From assembly GCA_963977445.1 (NCBI GenBank), contig CAXBPH010000100.1:1-22145 (forward strand): a stretch of DNA of 22,145 nt, given 5' to 3'. The first letter of the stretch is position 1; the number at the start of each line of letters is the position of its first letter. Below the pieces are notes generated by a model that was not told the origin of the DNA, searched no databases, and saw only the letters and a program-made list of their open reading frames with translations. Below are positions 8,429-16,712 of the stretch, piece by piece. The stretch comes from an uncultured bacterium. GTDB lineage: Bacteria > Hydrogenedentota > Hydrogenedentia > Hydrogenedentales > JAEUWI01. The translations under genes were made by a program, and so were the position numbers.

Positions 8429-9535
8429 CTAATTGTTGCGGGCAGCATCCATAAGATCGGTAAAGCGCTTGAACAAATAGCGGCTGTCGTGGGGACCCGG
8501 CGACGATTCAGGGTGATATTGAACACTGAAGAGGGGCTTGGACGTGTGGGCCATTCCCGAGCAGGTGTTGTCGTTCAGATGGGTGTGGGTAACGACGACC
8601 TGGCTGCTGTCCAGCGACTCGGGGTCCACGGCAAAACCATGGTTCTGGGCCGTAATTTCCACCTGGCCATTTTCGTGAAACTGGACCGGCTGGTTGCCGC
8701 CCCGGTGGCCGAATTTGAGCTTATAAGTAGAACCACCCAAGGCGTGGGCCAGAATCTGGTGGCCCAGGCAGATGCCGAATATGGGTTTTCCGCTCGCAAT
8801 CAGCGCTTCTACCGTGGGGTAGATATAGGGCAGGGCACCGGGATCGCCGGGACCATTGGAGAGAAAGATACCGTCGGGACTGTGGGCGAGAATTTCATCG
8901 GCTCCGGCCGTGGCGGGGACAACCGTAATCCGGCAGCCCGCATCATCCAGGAGGCGAAGTATGTTTTCTTTCATGCCGAAATCGAGGGCCACCACGTGAT
9001 AGGTACCGGCCCCGTGACCGGCATATTCATAGGACGCGTCAATGGTAACGTCCTTCACGAAATCAGCACCCGCCATATCGGGAGATTCCTGGGCTTTTTT
9101 CACCAGCGCCGCGTGATCGGTTTCCGTCGTGCTGATGATGCACTTGAGGGCACCCTTAACCCGAAGAATCTTGGTGATTTTCCGCGTGTCTACCCCATCA
9201 ATCGCCAGGATATTGTTGGCCTTGAGGTAATCGGGCAGACTCTGGGTCGAAAGGTGGTTGCTGGGCTCGAAACAGCACTCGCGCATGACAAATCCACGCA
9301 CGAAGGGCTGACGGGACTCTACGTCGTCTTTATTGACGCCATAGTTGCCAATATGGGGATAGGTCATGGTAACCACCTGGCCGGCATAGGAGGGGTCCGT
9401 AAGGATCTCCTGATAGCCAGTCATACTGGTATTAAAGACCAATTCTCCCGTGGCCTCACCTTCCGCGCCCACGGCGCGACCTTCGAATACGGTTCCATCT
9501 TCCAGGGCAAGCAGGGCAATCACGATAGATTCCAT
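8429..9535 (-). CDS. carA: Carbamoyl-phosphate synthase small (glutaminase) chain
   Basis: 368 aa with LALEDGTVFEG, GELVFNTSMTGYQEILTDPSY, LSNGPGDP, GICLGHQ (catalytic Cys), KFGHRGGNQPV, QNHGFAV and QYHPE. Confidence 0.97.
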   Translation of the reverse strand: MESIVIALLALEDGTVFEGRAVGAEGEATGELVFNTSMTGYQEILTDPSYAGQVVTMTYPHIGNYGVNKDDVESRQPFVRGFVMRECCFEPSNHLSTQSLPDYLKANNILAIDGVDTRKITKILRVKGALKCIISTTETDHAALVKKAQESPDMAGADFVKDVTIDASYEYAGHGAGTYHVVALDFGMKENILRLLDDAGCRITVVPATAGADEILAHSPDGIFLSNGPGDPGALPYIYPTVEALIASGKPIFGICLGHQILAHALGGSTYKLKFGHRGGNQPVQFHENGQVEITAQNHGFAVDPESLDSSQVVVTHTHLNDNTCSGMAHTSKPLFSVQYHPESSPGPHDSRYLFKRFTDLMDAARNN

Positions 9536-9564
9536 TTCGGGTTGTTTGCGGCAAAAATCGGGCT

Positions 9565-9573
9565 AGTATACCA
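9565..9573 (-). promoter_or_regulatory. Candidate extended -10 element for carA
   Basis: TG-G-TATACT on the minus strand, 30 nt upstream of the ATG. No good -35 at 17-nt spacing. Confidence 0.3.
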
Positions 9574-9736
9574 AATAAACAGGGGCAATTTCCGCTTTGA
9601 CTCCACGGCCGACCGGGCAGCACAGGCGATAGACCCCTTAAATGGCCCAAAAGTGCCCTTTTGAGCCCTGAAAACGGCCTGCCCACCTATTCGGGATTAT
9701 GCCTACTGCAGATGCCGAAGTGACCGCGGTTGGCGG

Positions 9737-10462
9737 TCATTCCGTGGCGTTGGTCATGACGACCCCGAGGGCGGTGACATCCTGAACCATGGGTACGGCG
9801 TTGGTCAGATCAACCTGGGCGCAATAAGCCACATCTTCTTCCATGCCAATAGCCCGGAGTTTGGCCGCATGGGGTGACCCGGCAAATAGCTTCTCAAAGC
9901 CATGGTTATCGATACGTTCGCGCCAGTCCTCAAAGAGTTCCAGCCCTTCGCCGATTTCTCCCCCCGATTTCATGGCGATGGCCACCGCCGCACAGCGGTC
10001 TTCCTGGGCATCAAAATCGGGATCGTCGGTCAGGCCCGCCGGAATGAGAACCACATCATGGCCCAGGCCCGACGCAATTTGGGCAACGGCCGAGGCATTG
10101 ACCGTGGTGCCCATGAGAATCGCCGGTGCACCAATGGCGGAAACCAGACGTCCCGCGCCAGTCGTGGTGGTGAAGATGACGGCCTTCCCGTCGGCATGCC
10201 AGGCATCCCGGGGACTGTTACCATAGTCGAAGCCCTCGGGGGGAATGCCGCCCCGCTCCCCATAGAGGAGTGCATCGGGTTGGTCGACCTTCGCCGCCAG
10301 GGCATCGGCCACATCCCGAACGGCCAGGATAGTTGTCGCGCCTGATTCGAGCAGCATGGCCGCCGTCGCGCTGGCCCGGAGAGCGTCCACCACCACCGCC
10401 GTGCACCCGTGGGTCACCGCATATTCACAGCCCGCTTCGCCCTCTATGATATGCCAACGCAT
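9737..10462 (-). CDS. comB: 2-phosphosulfolactate phosphatase (ComB) family protein
   Basis: Motifs VVVDALRASAT, LYGERGG, GFDYGNSP, TTTTG, NASAVA and EDRCAA. The true start is probably ATG 10462 (MRWHII), which has AGGAG upstream. The longer ORF start at 10576 overlaps ytoQ. Confidence 0.88.
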   Translation of the reverse strand: MRWHIIEGEAGCEYAVTHGCTAVVVDALRASATAAMLLESGATTILAVRDVADALAAKVDQPDALLYGERGGIPPEGFDYGNSPRDAWHADGKAVIFTTTTGAGRLVSAIGAPAILMGTTVNASAVAQIASGLGHDVVLIPAGLTDDPDFDAQEDRCAAVAIAMKSGGEIGEGLELFEDWRERIDNHGFEKLFAGSPHAAKLRAIGMEEDVAYCAQVDLTNAVPMVQDVTALGVVMTNATE

Positions 10463-10487
10463 ACTACATCTCCTGTCCCTGTCGCCT

Positions 10488-10952
10488 TTAGCGGGGGACG
10501 GTTCCGTCAATGACATACCGCAGAATCTGAATGACCTGCTCGATAGTATTCGCCACGGCCAGTGCGGCCCCGTCAATTTCTTTGAGGGCGTGATTCAGGG
10601 CGGGCTCGTGGAGGGTGATGAGTGGTTTTTCGTTGGCCACGGCAAGGCCGGCATCAAAGGCGGCATTCCACTGGCGGTATTTATCACCGAAGTGCACGAT
10701 AACCAGATCGGCCTCCTGCATCAGGGTCCGATTGCGAATGGCATTCAGCTTGGCCGCCTTGTGGTCTTTCCAGAAATCATTGGACTCTTCCCCCAGAATG
10801 GCCACCCCGCATTCGTCGCTGGCGCTGTGGTCCAACACGGGTGTGTTGTAGTCCACCGGCAAGTCGGCTTCGATGGTCGCATCAGTCAGTAACTTGCGCC
10901 AGTTTGTGTGAATTTCTCCCGCCAAGTAGACGGTCCAGGCTCTCTCTTCCAT
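10488..10952 (-). CDS. ytoQ: YtoQ family protein (nucleoside 2-deoxyribosyltransferase-like fold)
   Basis: Motifs VYLAGEIHTNWR, DHSASDECG, WKDHKAAKLNAIR, FGDKYRQWNAAFDAG and HALKEID. GGGAG RBS. Confidence 0.9.
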   Translation of the reverse strand: MEERAWTVYLAGEIHTNWRKLLTDATIEADLPVDYNTPVLDHSASDECGVAILGEESNDFWKDHKAAKLNAIRNRTLMQEADLVIVHFGDKYRQWNAAFDAGLAVANEKPLITLHEPALNHALKEIDGAALAVANTIEQVIQILRYVIDGTVPR

Positions 10953-11062
10953 GAATGACTCCCTCGTTATTCTTTATCGCTATAAATTTTGTAATGGACA
11001 AATCAACGAGGACCCGCCAGCAAACGTTGGATTGACCACGCAGACGGTTATCGCCTTCAATT

Positions 11063-11344
11063 CATCCTGTAACTCATGTTAATCATGTCCAATATAAAAC
11101 GTCGCGCCCATGTCTTCCTAATCCCTATTTAGACAGGATTAACATGATTTACAGGATGGTGATTTCCAATGACGACCCAATCTATACCATCAACGATTGG
11201 CTCAAGACAGTCGTTGATGGTTCAATTTTTAGTACTGCTGCAGGACCCCATCACGCTCAAAGCACTTGGAGTAAAGACAAACTCTGCCATGTACGCGAGC
11301 GGTCTATCGCTTCAGTCCATCTTGTTAATCATGTAAATCCTGTC
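11063..11344. repeat. Three copies of a 27-nt element with internal 9-nt periodicity, in alternating orientation
   Basis: B (11132-11158) is GACAGGATTAACATGATTTACAGGATG. A (11063-11089) is its reverse complement at 25/27 and C (11318-11344) is its reverse complement at 24/27. Confidence 0.85.
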
Positions 11345-11367
11345 AAAAATCAGCGCCCATTGCAGCG

Positions 11368-12375
11368 CTACCGGATTCCCGCCATCGCCTGTTTTTCGTG
11401 TATATCCGCCACAATAGCCGGACCATGTTCGCGACTGTTTTCAACGAACACCACGTTGGATTCACAACCGGCGCAGAGGGTTCCCGCCACATAGATTCCC
11501 GGCACCGTCGTCTCGTGGGCATCGCTGAGAACGGGTTTTCCCGTGGAACGGTCAACTTCCGCGCCCGTACTTTCCAGCAGGGTCGTATCGGGTTCATAGC
11601 CAGTCATGGCCAATACAAAGTCGTTGGGAATGGCGATTTCCGTGCCATCCGCCTGACGGACGAGCACATCGTCCATTCGAATGGCGACAATCTCACTGTT
11701 TCGGAAGGCCTGTACCGACCCTTCCTTGATGCGGTTTTCAATATCCGGCTCCACCCAATATTTGGTGTTAAACCGGTCGCCCCGCATCACCACCGTCACA
11801 TTCGTGCCCGCGCGATACAACTCCAGCGCGATTTCCGCCGCCGATGATCCCGCCCCAACAATCATCACATCATGATCGGCGTAAAAGTGGTCTTCCGAAT
11901 AGCGATGGCTCACCTTGGGCAAATCGCCACCGGGTACATCGAGGGGACGTGGGCTGTCGTAGAATCCCGTGGCAAAGACCACATTGCGGGCCTGCCAAAT
12001 GGTATCCCGACCAAACATATCCCGTGCCGTGACGCTAAAGAGTTCATCAGCACCTTCGATAGCCACCACTTCCCGGTAGGTCACCACTTCCAGTCCAAAG
12101 TAACGGACAAAGGCGCGGCAGTAGCGGAGGTATTCCCGGCGGGTCGGGTTTTTCTCATCGATGAGCAGGGGAAAGCCACCGAGTTCCAGCTTGTCAAAGG
12201 TGGAAAACCAGCGCATATAGGTGGGGTGTTTCAGCAGGGCACCACAAACGGGACCCTTGTCGATGGCCACGGCCCGGAGACCGCGGGTCTGGGCTTCGTG
12301 GAGCGCTACCAGGGCGGCAGGCCCCGCACCGACAACCAAAACGTCGAGTATCTCGCCAATTCCATAATTCTTCAT
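11368..12375 (-). CDS. ypdA: YpdA family putative bacillithiol disulfide reductase (FAD/NADPH)
   Basis: FAD-binding VVGAGPA and second dinucleotide motif VGAGSSA. Family-typical segments are HPTYMRWFST, PTRREYLRY, ATGFYDSP, KYWVEPDIENRIKEGSV, NDFVLAMTGY and VFVENSREHG. GGAGG RBS. Confidence 0.88.
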   Translation of the reverse strand: MKNYGIGEILDVLVVGAGPAALVALHEAQTRGLRAVAIDKGPVCGALLKHPTYMRWFSTFDKLELGGFPLLIDEKNPTRREYLRYCRAFVRYFGLEVVTYREVVAIEGADELFSVTARDMFGRDTIWQARNVVFATGFYDSPRPLDVPGGDLPKVSHRYSEDHFYADHDVMIVGAGSSAAEIALELYRAGTNVTVVMRGDRFNTKYWVEPDIENRIKEGSVQAFRNSEIVAIRMDDVLVRQADGTEIAIPNDFVLAMTGYEPDTTLLESTGAEVDRSTGKPVLSDAHETTVPGIYVAGTLCAGCESNVVFVENSREHGPAIVADIHEKQAMAGIR

Positions 12376-12394
12376 GGCGTTAACCTCCGGGAAA

Positions 12395-12403
12395 AGTGTA
12401 GCA
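12395..12403 (-). promoter_or_regulatory. Candidate extended -10 element for ypdA
   Basis: TG-C-TACACT on the minus strand, just upstream of the GGAGG RBS. Confidence 0.35.
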
Positions 12404-12502
12404 CAGGGCCGTGATGGGGCGCTGGCACGGCGTAATCGGCAGCGCCACCGGAGACGGAGTTCACCCGCCTGTGGCAGCGTACACCCTCAGCCCTACGTCA
12501 AC

Positions 12503-13915
12503 CTATGCGTATTGGGCCACAATGGCCAGTCCACTGGCTACACTGGTGAAGGTATCGCGGCGCTTGATCTTTTCAGGGCCAAAACGCTCTTCCAGCATGT
12601 TTCGGATGGCCGGAATCAGGCTCGTACCGCCGGTGGTGAGTACCAGATCAAGATCGGCTGACGTGATACCCGCCAGTTTTTCTGCTTCTTCAATACTCGC
12701 CAGCATAAGCTCCAGGGTCTCCTCGATAATATGAGAAAACTCCTCCCGGGCCAACGATTCTTCCACTTGAAGGGCCTCGTTGTCGATGCGAATCATCGTT
12801 TCGAGATCGGTGGACAATCGACGCTTCGCCGCTTCGACTTCCCGGGCCACCGGGTAGCCCAGATTACGTTGAATCAGGTAGCGAAGTGAGCGTAGCGCTT
12901 CGGGCTGGGTCGAGGTGGACTCGGCCGCAATGAGCCAGTTGATGGTCTCTTCGTTATTGAGCTTATAGAGATTCTGCCAGTCGAGGATCTGGTTATAGAT
13001 ATTCTGTGGCATGGGTAGATTGTTGGGGCCGTAACGGGCCTTGCTGCCGAAAACCGGGAACAGCTTGCTGCGGATAATTTCCTTGTCGATGGCGTCACCC
13101 GCCACCGGCACGCCGGATACACTGAGGATCTGGCTTTCCGCCAGGCGGTCCTTGAAACCGTGGGCACCGCCAAACTCCATGATACAAACGTCGCAGGTAC
13201 CACCACCGATATCCACCACCATCAAACGCTGACGCTTTTCGGCGACCATGGCGTATTCCACGCAGGCCCCTACGGGCTCGTAGAAAAAGGTCACGTCCTT
13301 AAAGCCCGCAAGATCGGCCGCCGTCCGCAGACGACGCTCCGCTACGTCGTTGTCTTCATCCCGTGTGGAAAAACGAACGGGACGACCAAAGACGGCGTGT
13401 TCAATGGATTCCCCGGCAGCCGCATCGGCCGCAGCCTTCATGGGCTGGAGAATCATGGCCACGAGTTCTTCTATCTGATAATGGGTTCCGAAGACTTCCG
13501 TGCCCATAAAGCCACTGTGGCGGAGCAAGGTCTTTAGCGATTGGAACAGACGTCCGGGAGAGTTCACCTCCACGATAGCCCGGGCACGAACCGCTTCACG
13601 GGCACTGCCGTCGGTTGTGTGGGGCCGGTAGCCTTCGCCCTTGTCGGGCTCAGACGCAACGTAGCCTTCGATGCTGATGCCCAGATCGATCTGCTGAAGC
13701 AGGACCTCACGGTCGACATTTCGCTCGATAAAGGCATTGGCGGCGTCACGTCCGATAATCGCATCACCTTCGTTGGTGATATAGAGCAAGGAAGGTAACG
13801 AAGTCGGGCTGACATTGGCCGGATCGAGAGAAAGAACGTTTACTTGGCTGCCATCGGACAACGCAACGCTGGAATTCGAGGTGCCGAAGTCGACACCGCA
13901 GTAGTACTTCCCCAC
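12503..13915 (-). CDS. Hsp70-family protein, YegD-like (ATPase domain only, no substrate-binding domain)
   Basis: 470 aa with GVDFGTSNS, GRPVRFS, AGF...EPVGA, VDIGGGTCD, GDAID, TGGTSLIP and FTSVASGLA. GTG start with GAGGG upstream. Confidence 0.88.
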   Translation of the reverse strand: MGKYYCGVDFGTSNSSVALSDGSQVNVLSLDPANVSPTSLPSLLYITNEGDAIIGRDAANAFIERNVDREVLLQQIDLGISIEGYVASEPDKGEGYRPHTTDGSAREAVRARAIVEVNSPGRLFQSLKTLLRHSGFMGTEVFGTHYQIEELVAMILQPMKAAADAAAGESIEHAVFGRPVRFSTRDEDNDVAERRLRTAADLAGFKDVTFFYEPVGACVEYAMVAEKRQRLMVVDIGGGTCDVCIMEFGGAHGFKDRLAESQILSVSGVPVAGDAIDKEIIRSKLFPVFGSKARYGPNNLPMPQNIYNQILDWQNLYKLNNEETINWLIAAESTSTQPEALRSLRYLIQRNLGYPVAREVEAAKRRLSTDLETMIRIDNEALQVEESLAREEFSHIIEETLELMLASIEEAEKLAGITSADLDLVLTTGGTSLIPAIRNMLEERFGPEKIKRRDTFTSVASGLAIVAQYA

Positions 13916-14141
13916 GGGCTAATCCCTCGGTAGTTTGGATTGATTTACTGACCAACTCACACCACAGGGGTGTGCAATTTCACCAAACGGCGAAGTATAT
14001 CACCGTGTAGAAAGGCAAGGCAAACATCGAGGACGGCGGGTAGCCAGGAAAAGAACTGGGCCATCGGAAGCACGATAGCGGCCAACCCACCACCAAAAGG
14101 GGTGAATATACATCGACAAAGGCTAATAATTCGACCGGAGG

Positions 14142-15260
14142 CTACGCGCCGGGTATGGGTGGCGGTCCCTGGGGAAAAAGTCGCGCCAGATCGGGCACCT
14201 GACTCGCGGCAACCCAACCATCCATACCCTGGGCCCAAACGAGGCTTTCGCTTGTCAGGGCACCTTGCTGTACCTGTTGTTGCAGGGTACTCACGGGGAA
14301 GGGGCCTGTCTGTTGGCCATTTACGGCCACGTAATAGGTCGTCTGACCGGGGACAGGCGGAGGTCCTGCCGGCGCAGCGCCCTGCTGGGGTGCCTGTTGA
14401 GATTGCTGATTAAATCCCTGGGCCATCTGGTTGGCCATGGCAAAGCCCATGCCCAGACCCATGCCACCGGCGGCTTCGCCACCAGGATTTTTCGCAGCCG
14501 CTTCCATGGCATTGGCCGCCTGAAATTGGGTGTATTGATGGAGGTTGCCGATGACGCCCATGCTCGCCCGCTTGTCGAGGGCTTCTTCCACGGCCGGCGG
14601 CAGGGAAATATTCTCCACCAGGAGATTGCTCACGTCCAGGCCATAAGCCTCAAAATCAGGGTGGAGCCGCTCCGTCGCAAAGGTTCCAAACTCGTCGTAG
14701 TTTGCCGCCATGTCGAGGACAGGAATCTTACTCTCCGCCACCAGATCGCTGAAGCGCGCCACGATAAGATTGCGGAGTTGTGTCGTAATCTCGTCCGTGG
14801 TGAAGGTGCCATCGGTGCCCACGATTTCTTTTACAAAGGCCACCGGATTGATCACGCGGACGCAATAGGTGCCAAACATGCGGATGCGCAGCGGACCAAA
14901 CTCGGCATCCCGCAACATGATGGGATTCTTTGTGCCCCACTTCAGGTTGGTATAGCGGCGGGTGCTGATGAAATAGACTTCGGCCTTAAAGGGACTTTCG
15001 AAGCCGTGACGCCACCCTTCCAGGGTAGAGATGATAGGCAGGTTTTTGGTCTCCAGCGTATACATGCCGGGATCGAAAACATCGGCGATCTTCCCCTCTT
15101 TGATGAAGACAGCAACCTGGCCTTCACGGACCGTAAGCTTGGCGCCGTGCTTGATTTCATTGCCGTGACGTTCAAATCGGTGAACCATCGTGTCGTTGGA
15201 GGGATCCAACCACTCAATAATATCAACCAGTTCGCCGCGAATTTTGTCCCAAATGGCCAT
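14142..15260 (-). CDS. SPFH/Band-7 domain protein (YdjI-like) with C-terminal GYF_2 (DUF4339) domain
   Basis: Motifs DIIEW, GAKLTVREGQVAVF, PGMYTLET.NLP, SPFKAEVYF, KWGTKNP and VENISLPPAVE. After GMGLGMGFAMA and a Gln/Pro linker comes YYVAVNGQQTGPF...LVWAQGMDGW. Confidence 0.9.
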   Translation of the reverse strand: MAIWDKIRGELVDIIEWLDPSNDTMVHRFERHGNEIKHGAKLTVREGQVAVFIKEGKIADVFDPGMYTLETKNLPIISTLEGWRHGFESPFKAEVYFISTRRYTNLKWGTKNPIMLRDAEFGPLRIRMFGTYCVRVINPVAFVKEIVGTDGTFTTDEITTQLRNLIVARFSDLVAESKIPVLDMAANYDEFGTFATERLHPDFEAYGLDVSNLLVENISLPPAVEEALDKRASMGVIGNLHQYTQFQAANAMEAAAKNPGGEAAGGMGLGMGFAMANQMAQGFNQQSQQAPQQGAAPAGPPPVPGQTTYYVAVNGQQTGPFPVSTLQQQVQQGALTSESLVWAQGMDGWVAASQVPDLARLFPQGPPPIPGA

Positions 15261-15421
15261 CGTAGTTTCCTCATCGTGTACGCGTGTAGGGGGTTGTTGT
15301 CGTTACCGCCCAGTCTACAAAAGTCCCCAGTGGTATGTACAACGGCGGGTGGGAGATTATTCGGGAAGTGGGTCTGAGATCGTCAATCAGGCTTTCTCAC
15401 CACCTGATGAAGGGTCTCCCA

Positions 15422-16600
15422 TCAATCCCTGTCGGCCAAGCGGGCGAAAAACGATGGTATCTCATGCACGGGAAGCGCCCATACACCATCGCCCAGGGGA
15501 TAGCGCTCGTCGCAGGGACAAACCACATAACCTTCATTCAGCCCCAGGTCGCGAATCGCACTCCAGAAGCCCTTAGAGGGGGAAGGTGCCGTCGAACGTT
15601 TTATTTCGAAGGCGAGGGGTCGGGCGTTCCCCGGACGTTCCAACAAGAGATCTATTTCCGCCCCACCCTGTGTGCGATAAAACCAGGGGCGGTGGGCGTC
15701 GGGCGCTTCGGCGAGCAATTGTTCGATGATCCAGCCCTCCCAGGAGGAGCCCGCTGCTGGATGACCAAGCAGGTCTTCCAAGCTCTGAAGTTGCAAGAGC
15801 GCATGGAGTAGCCCGCTATCGCGGAAGTACACTTTGGGCGTTTTCACGAGCCGTTTCTTAAGGTTGGTGTGAAAGGGTCGTAAGGTCCGGGTGATGAAGG
15901 TGTCTTCCAGCACATCCAGATAGTGATTGGCCGTGGGGTAGGTCACACCCAAGCTGCCCGCAATCTTGCTTGCGTTCCAGAGTTGTCCGTGGCAGTGGGC
16001 GATCATGCGCCAGAAGCGATCCAGCATGACGGCGGGAATCCGGATTCCCAGGGCCGGTATGTCTCGCTCCAGATAGGTCTTTGTGAATGCATCGCGCCAT
16101 TCGAGAGACTGTCGATCCGAGCCGGCCAGGTAGCTGTCGGGGTAACCGCCACGTACCCACAGTTTATTGGCGTTCTCTCCGCCGGGCTCGATCTCGCCGA
16201 GGGTGAGAGGCGAGAGCTCAAGGTAGCGAATTCGGCCCGCCAGACTTTCCGAAGACTGCCGTATCAAATCCGGGGAAGCGCTTCCAAGCACCAGGAAACG
16301 GCCCGGACGTCGATCATCATCCACCAGCGCGCGCAGGACCATAAACAATTCAGGAACCCGCTGAATTTCATCCAGGATGACCGTTTTGTCGGCGTGCATC
16401 ACCAGATAGCTTTCCGGATCCTGGAGTTTCGCCAAGTCAGAGGGTCGCTCCAGATCCAGATAAATATAGTGATCCGGCCCCGCTTTTCGCACCATGCGGG
16501 CCAGGGTGGTTTTTCCCACTTGTCGGCCGCCAATCAGGGCTACAACGGGAAAAGTACCCATCGACTCGTAGAGCTTTTTCTCCAAATTACGACGTATCAT
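15422..16600 (-). CDS. AAA+ ATPase (AAA_14) with DUF4143 domain and C-terminal PD-(D/E)xK-like motif
   Basis: Walker A GGRQVGKTT and Walker B VILDEIQR, plus LGSAS, SESLAGR, RGGYP, YLERDI, KRLVKTPKVYFRDSGLL and YRTQGGAEIDLL...FEIK. Confidence 0.92.
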   Translation of the reverse strand: MIRRNLEKKLYESMGTFPVVALIGGRQVGKTTLARMVRKAGPDHYIYLDLERPSDLAKLQDPESYLVMHADKTVILDEIQRVPELFMVLRALVDDDRRPGRFLVLGSASPDLIRQSSESLAGRIRYLELSPLTLGEIEPGGENANKLWVRGGYPDSYLAGSDRQSLEWRDAFTKTYLERDIPALGIRIPAVMLDRFWRMIAHCHGQLWNASKIAGSLGVTYPTANHYLDVLEDTFITRTLRPFHTNLKKRLVKTPKVYFRDSGLLHALLQLQSLEDLLGHPAAGSSWEGWIIEQLLAEAPDAHRPWFYRTQGGAEIDLLLERPGNARPLAFEIKRSTAPSPSKGFWSAIRDLGLNEGYVVCPCDERYPLGDGVWALPVHEIPSFFARLADRD

Positions 16601-16606
16601 CCTAGT

Positions 16607-16635
16607 AATATAAAAGATAGCCTTTTAAATTACAA
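16607..16635 (-). promoter_or_regulatory. sigma70-type promoter, probably yielding a leaderless AAA/DUF4143 mRNA
   Basis: TTGTAA-N17-TATATT-N6-ATG in an AT-rich patch, with no Shine-Dalgarno sequence. Confidence 0.6.
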
Positions 16636-16712
16636 GGATAAATGCGAAAACACGTTCATAAATATCATTTTTCTCTATATCGTCAGGTAATCCCGCAGGT
16701 CGCAGAAGCCGG

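Noticed and set aside
8324..9664. 446-aa plus-strand ORF
   Set aside because: Antisense shadow of carA that starts inside the repeat and has no recognisable motifs.
11144..11494. 116-aa plus-strand ORF between ytoQ and ypdA
   Set aside because: It starts within one repeat arm, runs through another, overlaps ypdA antisense and has no recognisable motif.
13916..14141. CIRCE heat-shock operator upstream of the Hsp70 gene
   Set aside because: No TTAGCACTC-N9-GAGTGCTAA is present.
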